From Nostocales cyanobacterium Centralia_MAG_434 (GTDB lineage: Bacteria > Cyanobacteriota > Cyanobacteriia > Cyanobacteriales > Nostocaceae), in contig JAJPJF010000396.1 in NCBI GenBank assembly GCA_021324415.1, positions 2,730-34,729 of the forward strand: a stretch of DNA of 32,000 nucleotides. The letters are read 5' to 3'. Shown piece by piece: positions 24,724-32,000 of this stretch (position 1 is its first letter; each line of letters begins with the position of its first letter). The position numbers and the translations under genes are program-made. The notes under the pieces were generated by a model. The model saw nothing but the letters and a program-made list of their open reading frames with translations, did no database searches and was not told the origin of the DNA.

Positions 24724-25452
24724 ATGAGACAAGTAGTTAGGCAAATTAAAGAGCGCAGTAAGGTTGAACTACAATCGAAAGATATTAAATATCAACTTTG
24801 GCGACTAGATGATGCGGAATTTAGAAAACTGAGAAAAAATAGCCTTCCTATTAAAGATGATCATATGTTTTATATACATCTTTATTTGTCGAAGAATGAA
24901 AGAGAAGATCAGCTTAATTTAGCTCAAATATTTTTAACGTTAACACACTTATTGGGTGAAAGCAGTGATTGGATAGATGATTGGAAAGGCTCTTTCTCTT
25001 TTACTGTATTATTGATTGTAGAAAAAGTTCAAGGGAAATTTTTCTACTTAGTTGATATTTATGATAATCGCGGTTCAATCAACTTCAGCTTGTACAGGAT
25101 TGTGGAGGCTGAGGTAGAAGGTTATGATAATCAAATACTACGTGAACCTTTTGAACTAGAATTTTCTCGTCAAGAAATCAACTATTTTATCAGCTATTTT
25201 ATTGGTTATCTTGAAGGCTATTTTCATAGTGTAAGATCCTTAATGCCAGTTGAGCAGTTTTTTAAGAGAATTGATTCTAACAATATACTTTATGGTTATA
25301 AAGATGAGCAATATTTTGAGGAGCAGTACGCAGACCAAGAAGCTTATCAATCAGCAATTAAAAATTTAGAGTCAATGGGAACTAGTTCTATTACCTCACA
25401 AAATGTCAACGAGATTTTACAAACAATAACTAGCGAAATAGTCGAACTCTAG
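24724..25452 (+). CDS. hypothetical protein (AT-rich gene)
   Basis: 242-aa ORF, first of five co-oriented unknown genes. Codon usage is visibly more AT-rich than in the neighbouring genes. Confidence 0.55.
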   Translation: MRQVVRQIKERSKVELQSKDIKYQLWRLDDAEFRKLRKNSLPIKDDHMFYIHLYLSKNEREDQLNLAQIFLTLTHLLGESSDWIDDWKGSFSFTVLLIVEKVQGKFFYLVDIYDNRGSINFSLYRIVEAEVEGYDNQILREPFELEFSRQEINYFISYFIGYLEGYFHSVRSLMPVEQFFKRIDSNNILYGYKDEQYFEEQYADQEAYQSAIKNLESMGTSSITSQNVNEILQTITSEIVEL

Positions 25453-25526
25453 CCGTAAAATGGAAGGGGACGAGCGAAACCCCGTTCGACGGGTGCGGCT
25501 GGGTAGTTCATTCTAGATATAAATAT

Positions 25527-25904
25527 ATGGTTCAGCGTATTGAAGAAATTTTAGGGAACTCAATTACTGAATATACTCCCAACGCAGTCAAATTTCAGGG
25601 TTTATATTTGGAATCATTAGAGCAAGTGCTTCAATTCGGCTACACTACACCAAATGCAAATTTTAATGCTGCTCCATCAGTTGGTTCATTTATTGAATTT
25701 GGGCAACGTTGCAAAAAATCAGAAGTGACAGCGATTTTTGATGGTGTAGTCCTCAATCATACAGAAAACCCAAACTTGGTGATTGATGCAATTACAGTTA
25801 AAGGGGTGAAAGATTTAGACTTTGCAGGTGAATTTGTAAAATTCGTCTGGGGTTGCGATGAATTAGAGATTAGTTCTCAACAGTTATATGCTTGGTGGGA
25901 TTAA
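25527..25904 (+). CDS. hypothetical protein
   Basis: 125-aa ORF. No family recognised. Confidence 0.5.
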   Translation: MVQRIEEILGNSITEYTPNAVKFQGLYLESLEQVLQFGYTTPNANFNAAPSVGSFIEFGQRCKKSEVTAIFDGVVLNHTENPNLVIDAITVKGVKDLDFAGEFVKFVWGCDELEISSQQLYAWWD

Positions 25905-25951
25905 CTATTCAACCAGCCCGAACCATTACAAAACCATCCTGGAGTACTGTT

Positions 25952-26296
25952 ATGCCCCTATTTCTAGTTACTTCTTTAATTGACGAGGGAATGTACGAAA
26001 ATGATTTCCAAGTTGTTGAAGCAGCTTCAATGCTAGCAGTTGCCCAGCATATGCTTGAGCATCCTGATCAATGGGAGAATTATTTGCGTAGTGCTTACCC
26101 AAGAAATTGGCAAGATCCAACTAGTAGTGTTGGTAGTTTATGGGATTTTGTTAATCAGCCAGACATAACTGCTGAACGTCTTTTAGAGCTGATTAATATG
26201 ACCAGTGTTGATGGGGATAGTGCTTCACAGTTGCGTATCTTTGCAGTGAAAGCACAGCAGTTATCTGAAGTAGATACAGATCCCTTGAAGAGCTAA
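25952..26296 (+). CDS. hypothetical protein
   Basis: Track ORF 25892..26296 begins with TTG. I prefer the ATG at 25952 (MPLFLVTS), which has GGAG 7 nt upstream. Confidence 0.5.
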   Translation: MPLFLVTSLIDEGMYENDFQVVEAASMLAVAQHMLEHPDQWENYLRSAYPRNWQDPTSSVGSLWDFVNQPDITAERLLELINMTSVDGDSASQLRIFAVKAQQLSEVDTDPLKS

Positions 26297-26435
26297 ACTA
26301 TTTATCAGACTCTTGGCAGTCCTGGTCTAATGCGTGGGATGTTATGCTGTCAAATCGCTCTTGATAGTTGTCTACTTAGTAACAAAATTATCTGCAATGA
26401 GCTACGTTGAAATAAGTATAGCCTGATACCATTAA

Positions 26436-28298
26436 ATGTCAAAACATAATCAAAATCGAAGTAATTCGGCTGATAATTTGGGCAGTGTTGGCGATCGCAT
26501 TTTGGCAGCGCTAACACAGCAGGAGATTTCGCAGCTACTTGATGTGCTGTTTGGAGTTTTGTCTGATGATTTGCGCTCGTTGGCTTTAGCGCAACTCCAA
26601 CCGAATACTCAAGAGACTGTCAAACAAATCCTTGCTCCGTCGCCATTAACTCAACAAGCTAATTTAGCTAAATCGCAACCTGTTTCTCAAGCTAAATTAG
26701 CCCAAACGTGGTTGAAATTGTGGCAACAATGGGACGAAATTATTGGGGAAGCATCCCTTGAAGAGGGGGAATACATAACGCGAGAAGCAGATTGGGAACC
26801 ACCTTACTTTGATACTTATTCGTTTGCTGAAAATCTGGATAAGGTTGCCCAGAAAATGCAGCCACTAGTAATGGTGGCTTTTGAAAACAGATTTAATCCC
26901 GACACAGGTTTTGCCTCAGCACTTTTAGAAGCCGAGAGCGAAATAAGAGCAGGCATTCCTGATTGGATGGATATTGATGATGGGATTCATCTGGAACAAT
27001 ACGTGAGTGCTAGCCTATTGCTGTGGGAATGGCTAACAGTTAAGGATGCACGCCAAGATGCTTTCGACTTCGCCCAAACAATCAGGCAATTGGAAGAGGA
27101 ATTTGAATGTGTGAGTCTAGATGGTGACACAATTTTGGATTTTTTGACGCAGTTATCTGATGAGGAACAACAGTGTATTTTAGCTGGGCTCAACGCTAAT
27201 AGAGAGACGACTTTGTGGAAACAATCGCTGGATAATACTCACTCACACTGGTATGAATTTTATATGGAAGCCATCCATAAATACGCGCCACCAGAAATAT
27301 ATTTGAACAATCTCCGGGCGACAATCCCGCAACAGTGGCAAAATGGTTTACCAGTGATTGAGGATTTCTTGGCCAAACAAGACTATTCAGCAAGTCTGAG
27401 CGTAATTGAGGAAACTTTAGATGCTTTGCTAAAATCCAAGCATAAGGATAAGTCTTGGTCACCAGAAACTTCGTTACTGTACACCATTGTTGGTGGGTTT
27501 TCTAGTAGCGACAGGCAGAGAGAAAATGAGTTTGCCCTACTTCGCTATTATCAGCAGACTGCTCAAGGACTGGGACAATCACAACGGGTAAATGCTTTGG
27601 AGATTCAGCTCATCGTCTTTGAAAGCTGTTTTGATTGGGCAAGGATGTTTCAAACTTTTGCTCAAATAGAGGTCTGTGAAACAACTCATCAATCTCTGTT
27701 TCAATCCTGGCGCAATTATATCATTCGGTGTGCTAAACCCCGCTCCCGTTGGGACTTCTACCAATACCAACAAGTGAAAAGCGTTGAGAGTTGGTGGTTG
27801 CACTGGCTAATCGACAGTATTGCTACTCCCAATAAAGGTGCTACCTGGTTTGCTCAACAAATCCTGCAATGGTTAGCAAGTTTGTCTGGAGAACGCACAG
27901 ACTTAGGGGAGGCATACGATATCTTACGTTTGCTCACTAAAGACTTGACCGAGATCCATTGTCTGGGTCAACCGCCTTATCCCCAGTTTTACCAAGTCGT
28001 CATTCGACCAACAGATTTGTCTGCTCCGGATGATACTTCCAGACGAGCGTATTTGCAGCAGTATGCTCCTAATGACCTTTGGGAGAAGGTAATGGCTTAT
28101 TGGAAAGCACAGTTGCATCAATTTGTACCAAGACCGGAACTATCCCGAAATTCAGATTACACAGAACATGCTCAGTGGATGTCTGCACTTAAAGAATTAG
28201 CACCCCAAACATATAAGAGCTTGCTGGCTCAATGGCGAGTTGAGCATCAGCGACGGCGCAATTTGTGGAAAGCTCTGGAAAAATTAGGATTAGGATAA
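26436..28298 (+). CDS. large W-rich helical hypothetical protein
   Basis: 620-aa ORF with predicted all-helical character and many W and Q residues. No catalytic motif recognised. Confidence 0.6.
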   Translation: MSKHNQNRSNSADNLGSVGDRILAALTQQEISQLLDVLFGVLSDDLRSLALAQLQPNTQETVKQILAPSPLTQQANLAKSQPVSQAKLAQTWLKLWQQWDEIIGEASLEEGEYITREADWEPPYFDTYSFAENLDKVAQKMQPLVMVAFENRFNPDTGFASALLEAESEIRAGIPDWMDIDDGIHLEQYVSASLLLWEWLTVKDARQDAFDFAQTIRQLEEEFECVSLDGDTILDFLTQLSDEEQQCILAGLNANRETTLWKQSLDNTHSHWYEFYMEAIHKYAPPEIYLNNLRATIPQQWQNGLPVIEDFLAKQDYSASLSVIEETLDALLKSKHKDKSWSPETSLLYTIVGGFSSSDRQRENEFALLRYYQQTAQGLGQSQRVNALEIQLIVFESCFDWARMFQTFAQIEVCETTHQSLFQSWRNYIIRCAKPRSRWDFYQYQQVKSVESWWLHWLIDSIATPNKGATWFAQQILQWLASLSGERTDLGEAYDILRLLTKDLTEIHCLGQPPYPQFYQVVIRPTDLSAPDDTSRRAYLQQYAPNDLWEKVMAYWKAQLHQFVPRPELSRNSDYTEHAQWMSALKELAPQTYKSLLAQWRVEHQRRRNLWKALEKLGLG

Positions 28299-28458
28299 CG
28301 TGCTAGCTATGAGCCGCATATCCCTAAATATCCATCTAAGGATAGCAGATGATAGAAAAATTAATGAATCATTGTACACCCGTTGATAGACTATATTTAC
28401 TTCGCGCTCGTTAAGAGCAAGAACCACTGTCGTTTTTAAGGTCAGCCAAATATAGACG

Positions 28459-29343
28459 ATGCAATTGGAAGAAATTTTATCTGAACTAGAAAACAACACT
28501 GGTAAATTTCCCCATTTAGCTTTAGAGAGAGCTATTCAAGAGAGGGAAGCCATTACTCCTGTGTTATTAGCGACCTTAGAAGAATACAAAAATAACCTGG
28601 AGGAGTTGTTAGATAAATCTGACTATTTCTTACATATTTATGCCTTGTATTTGCTAGCGCAATTTCGAGAGCTATTAGCTTATCCTCTAATTGTCGAGTT
28701 TTTTTCGGCTCCAGGAGAGATATCACTTGATGTAACTGGAGATGTAGTGACTGAGGATTTAGGAAGAATCCTTGCTTGTGTTAGTGGCGGAAATATTGAT
28801 CTAATCAAGCAACTCATCGAGAATCAACAAGCCAATGAATTTGTTAGAGGCGCTGCCCTAAAATCATTAGTTGTCTTGGTAGCTCAAGGAATTATTTCAA
28901 GAGAGCAAGTTATCCAATATTTTGAGGAACTTTTCTCAACTCTTAAAGACAATAAATCTGACTATATTTGGACTAATTTAGTTATAAATAGTTCTGAACT
29001 TTGTCCAATAGAACTAAAGGAACATATTGAACGACTTTTTGAAGAGGATTTCATCGAAACGTTTTTTATTGACCAAGAAGATGTGGAAGATGCTCTTCAA
29101 CTAGGTCCAGAAGCAGCCTTAACTCGACTTCGTGAGCATCCGCACTATTCTCTGATAGAAGATACAATATCGGAAATGAAATCCTGGGCTTGTTTTCAAC
29201 AGGAAAACAGGAAGCAAGCCAGCCCTATCTCCTTTTCTGGGGAAGACTTTACTCCCTCATTTAATAAATCCAAAAACCATGCCAAGAAAAAGAAAAAAAT
29301 GCAGAAAGAAGCTCGGCGAAAAAATCGACCAAAGAAAAAATAA
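28459..29343 (+). CDS. DUF1186-like protein with a lysine-rich tail
   Basis: 294-aa ORF. The N-terminus ILSELENNTGKFPHLALERAIQEREAITPVLL...FLHIYALYLLAQFRE resembles DUF1186 proteins. The C-terminus is KKKKKMQKEARRKNRPKKK rather than a SEC-C motif. Confidence 0.6.
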   Translation: MQLEEILSELENNTGKFPHLALERAIQEREAITPVLLATLEEYKNNLEELLDKSDYFLHIYALYLLAQFRELLAYPLIVEFFSAPGEISLDVTGDVVTEDLGRILACVSGGNIDLIKQLIENQQANEFVRGAALKSLVVLVAQGIISREQVIQYFEELFSTLKDNKSDYIWTNLVINSSELCPIELKEHIERLFEEDFIETFFIDQEDVEDALQLGPEAALTRLREHPHYSLIEDTISEMKSWACFQQENRKQASPISFSGEDFTPSFNKSKNHAKKKKKMQKEARRKNRPKKK

Positions 29344-29428
29344 TATTTGGCTGTAATCATACTCCGTGTAGTTCCCGAAAAGCGAGCATATGATGGCGCT
29401 GCTCCTTGGGCAATCATAGTATTTTTAG

Positions 29429-30577
29429 CTAGGGACTGGGCTCAGCATTTTCGTTCAATACTGCTTCAATTTCTGTGAGTTTTTGACGCAAAATTTCTTG
29501 AAGCTCCATGAGCTGAGTTTTGTCAGCTTTCTTCAACGTCTCTACGGACAGCTTTTGTAGACGCTTAGCCTCTGTTGCTAACGGCTTAGTTGTCGTACTA
29601 GAGGTTGATGATAACTGGGAGTGTTGTCCTACAATTTCATTGACTAATTTCCGGGTAGCATTAGCAGATAATTTTTCATTCATTACCTTCTGTGTCGTAT
29701 TTACCCTAATGGATTGTGCTTCTTCTTCAATGACTCCTAGATTTTTAGCTGAAAGTTTTTGGAGTGCGCTCGCATGAACGCCCTTTAATCCACTCCTGAT
29801 TGCTGTTTTTAGGTCTTGTGGTAGTGACAACATTGGAAAAATGTTAGCTTCAATCGAAGCAGGATTGAGCTGCAAATCTAGTAAGAATGCCAATACTACT
29901 TTTTCTGAATCACTTATCCCCAAATCGTCTAAACCTTGCTGTTGTGCTTGAGCGTTAGCTGTTATAAGTTCTACAACAGAATTCATCCGCTTGTGTGCGT
30001 TTAATCTTCGCACTACTGTAGAGAGAATGCGGGGAATATCTTGAGATTCTAGATCAGTATTGCTGACTATTTCTCGAACAATAGCCTCTGCTTTATCGAG
30101 GGGATTGAGGTCTTCACGGTGCAGAGAGGTTAGTAATGCTTTACGGTGTAAAGTTTCTGGTTCTTGAATAATGACAGCTTGGAGATTCTGCCAACCTAGA
30201 CTTTTGGCACTACGCCAACGCCGCTCGCCATCAAATATAACTAACTTTTCTCTCTGTACAAGAATAATTGGCTCCAGTTGTCCATCTCTTGACAAAGAAC
30301 GAGCCATGGATTCAATACTTTCTGGCAAAAATGTCTGCCTGGGTTGTTCTGGATTTGGCTCAATTTGTTCCATGGGAATGGACAAGATACCTGTTTGTGA
30401 TTGGATCTGCTCGCGTAGCGTGCTAAGATGCGCCTCCAAATCAGCTGAACCTTGAGAACGAAGTGCTTCAATTTCTGCCCTTAATCGCTGTATCTCTTTT
30501 TCAGCTTCAGATAGCTGCTGGGATTGCTTGGCTGGTGAAAAAAAATTGTTAATATCAGGGGTTTTTCGAGCGCACAT
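29429..30577 (-). CDS. parB: ParB/Spo0J-family partition protein
   Basis: 382-aa ORF with a ParB N-terminal domain (IEPNPEQPRQTF...GQLEPIILV...FDGERRWRSAKSLG). It lies 3 nt downstream of parA. Confidence 0.85.
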   Translation of the reverse strand: MCARKTPDINNFFSPAKQSQQLSEAEKEIQRLRAEIEALRSQGSADLEAHLSTLREQIQSQTGILSIPMEQIEPNPEQPRQTFLPESIESMARSLSRDGQLEPIILVQREKLVIFDGERRWRSAKSLGWQNLQAVIIQEPETLHRKALLTSLHREDLNPLDKAEAIVREIVSNTDLESQDIPRILSTVVRRLNAHKRMNSVVELITANAQAQQQGLDDLGISDSEKVVLAFLLDLQLNPASIEANIFPMLSLPQDLKTAIRSGLKGVHASALQKLSAKNLGVIEEEAQSIRVNTTQKVMNEKLSANATRKLVNEIVGQHSQLSSTSSTTTKPLATEAKRLQKLSVETLKKADKTQLMELQEILRQKLTEIEAVLNENAEPSP

Positions 30578-30580
30578 ATA

Positions 30581-31396
30581 TTATTTTTTCTTCTTGGTTT
30601 TATTAGCTGGCTTTCCAATTAAATTTATTAATTCAGAAGTAATTGCTTTAAAATCACCACGTGCAGGATGACTAGGGCGGTAGAGATGTATTGGCAATCC
30701 TTGACCACTGGCATTAACAAATTCGGCACTGTCTCGAATTTCGGGAAACGCACGAAGATTTATCTGCTTTAACTGTTCTGGTAATGCCGCCAATATCTGC
30801 CGATGAGTTCCCCGTTGAGAATTATATTGGTTGGGAACAAACCCCATAATTTCTGGAGATGGGTTTAAGCGTAAATGCTTGCAATGGTAGTAGTACCACT
30901 CTATTAAATGAGCAGCACCCTGAATAGATTTTGGTTCCAACTGCACGGGAATAATAACATGAGTGCAAGCAGCTAGAGCCATCAAAGGCAAAGGTCCAAG
31001 AGTTGCTGGGCAGTCAAAGATAATGAGCTCCTGTTTGAGTGGATAGTCAGTCAAGCAGTCTCCCAGAAGGTAGGCTCCGCGTTTATGGAGCACTAATTCA
31101 TCTGCCGTCTGGGTGAGGACCATTCCCCCTTGACAGAGGACTACCTTATCAGTGTGTTTGCTCCAGCAAGGAGTTAGGGGCCAAGAACCATCAAAATTAT
31201 CTTTGAGCACAGCAGCTAGTGTTTCTTCCGGCTCTGGCGGTTGCAATCCACAAAAAAGGGTCAACGACCCTTGTGGATCAAGATCAAAAAGCGCTACCTC
31301 GTACTTGTGAAGTGCCAATTCATATGCCAAGTGCACTGATAGTGTTGTTTTTCCACTTCCTCCAGCATTGCTAATTACAGCTAGTCGAACTTGCAT
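30581..31396 (-). CDS. parA: ParA-family partition ATPase
   Basis: 271-aa ORF with a deviant Walker A (VISNAGGSGKTTLSVHLA), the DLDPQGS motif and Walker B (IIFDCP). Confidence 0.88.
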   Translation of the reverse strand: MQVRLAVISNAGGSGKTTLSVHLAYELALHKYEVALFDLDPQGSLTLFCGLQPPEPEETLAAVLKDNFDGSWPLTPCWSKHTDKVVLCQGGMVLTQTADELVLHKRGAYLLGDCLTDYPLKQELIIFDCPATLGPLPLMALAACTHVIIPVQLEPKSIQGAAHLIEWYYYHCKHLRLNPSPEIMGFVPNQYNSQRGTHRQILAALPEQLKQINLRAFPEIRDSAEFVNASGQGLPIHLYRPSHPARGDFKAITSELINLIGKPANKTKKKK

Positions 31397-31399
31397 AGT

Positions 31400-31540
31400 C
31401 TTATTTTTCTGTAATGTGGGTATGATACCTCAAGGATTAAATATCAGATATCGATATCTGAGGGAACGTGTACATCCTTATTTTTTTGTAATGTGGGTAT
31501 GATACCTCAAGGATGAAACATCAGATATCGATATCTGAGG
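31400..31540. promoter_or_regulatory. two 64-bp direct repeats (77-bp period), each with an 18-bp perfect palindrome: candidate parS/centromere and par operator
   Basis: The units lie at 31400-31463 and 31477-31540 (cttattttt[c/t]tgtaatgtgggtatgatacctcaaggat..atcagatatcgatatctgagg). The palindrome tcagatatcgatatctga occurs at 31444-31461 and 31521-31538. The array is directly upstream of parA. Confidence 0.6.
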
Positions 31541-31667
31541 ATTTGAAGTCAGATGCATACCTAAGCTGCAAGACTATCGGTACGGCAGAAGACACGCTTT
31601 GGTTGTGTGAATGTTGGAGGATTCGGATTCTTCAGCAGTGAGACTTTCTTAGGATTCGAGGACCTAA

Positions 31668-32000
31668 ACCTGTTGGATAAGGTGGAGGCGATCACCACTT
31701 AATATTACCAAATCGATTGGGTATTCTGTTGATGAAAGGATCACAGTCCTGGCAACGGCAATCAAACGCATTGAGCGCGATGGCAAGAGTAAGGAACTGA
31801 CAAAATTGGTTGCCCTGAGTGCCCAAGAGCAGCAGTTGGGCTTAGGCACTTACCAGTAATAAAATGTCCAGCCTTATTACAACGAATAACCTATTGTGCC
31901 GACAGATCAACCAACAAAGGCGCTTTCATTTTATTTTTTGGATCTCCCTTAGAAGAACTGGGGATAATTGGCAATGAACAAGATTTACTTTTGTTGCTTC
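31668..32000 (+). pseudogene. unknown gene remnant interrupted by MITE copy 2 (runs off the window)
   Basis: The plus-strand frame reads KSIGYSVDERITVLATAIKRIERDGKSKELTKLVALSAQEQQLGL and then meets the MITE. Removing 107 nt (31846-31952) continues it in frame as EELGIIGNEQDLLLLL. No start codon, and there is a probable frameshift near 31698. Confidence 0.3.
31846..31952. mobile_element. 107-nt hairpin MITE, copy 2 (internal loop inverted relative to copy 1)
   Basis: The outer arms gcacttaccagtaataaaatgtccagcc and cattttattttttggatctcccttag are shared in direct orientation with copy 1. The 45-nt interior (31874-31918) is about 84 percent identical to the reverse complement of the copy 1 interior. 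Confidence 0.75.

Noticed and set aside
31664-31849. 61-aa minus-strand ORF upstream of the par repeats.
   Set aside because: Its composition is odd (CCSW, LLLPSRS). The plus-strand frame over the same DNA is more protein-like and continues in frame across the MITE.
1-32000. A search for a CRISPR array, an IS200/IS605 TnpA (Y1 transposase), a reverse transcriptase or an integrase that would make the IscB or the MITEs autonomous.
   Set aside because: No spaced direct-repeat array exists; all tandem repeats are coding or lie upstream of par. No ORF shows HUH/Y1, RT or recombinase motifs.

Overview
This window looks like a cyanobacterial (Nostocales-type) plasmid or accessory-replicon segment. 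Supporting signs are five HIP1 octamers (GCGATCGC at 4165, 12781, 16214, 17045, 26491), an STRR-like heptamer repeat, and parA-parB with centromere-like repeats at the right end. It also has an RHH gene plus two large unknown ORFs that may form a replication or maintenance module, toxin-antitoxin remnants and small hairpin MITEs. The only clear metabolic block is a minus-strand sulfonate-utilisation operon, ssuA-ssuD-ssuC-[insert]-ssuB. The insert is the standout: a 1.7-kb TnpA-less IscB gene (OMEGA class, RuvC+HNH RNA-guided nuclease, Cas9 ancestor). It is preceded by a densely structured ~320-nt non-coding region that fits an omega RNA, co-oriented with the operon it splits. Other notable items: a ~106-nt hairpin MITE in two copies that both interrupt reading frames and carry opposite orientations of their internal loop; 209-bp direct repeats bracketing an oxidoreductase cassette; a candidate antisense sRNA with its own promoter and terminator; a TTGTTATCCCA operator or iteron set around the RHH gene; and two blocks of co-oriented genes with no family I can recognise (12537-15014 minus strand, 24724-29343 plus strand). 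About half of the coding capacity cannot be assigned from sequence alone. No CRISPR array, rRNA or convincing tRNA was seen.
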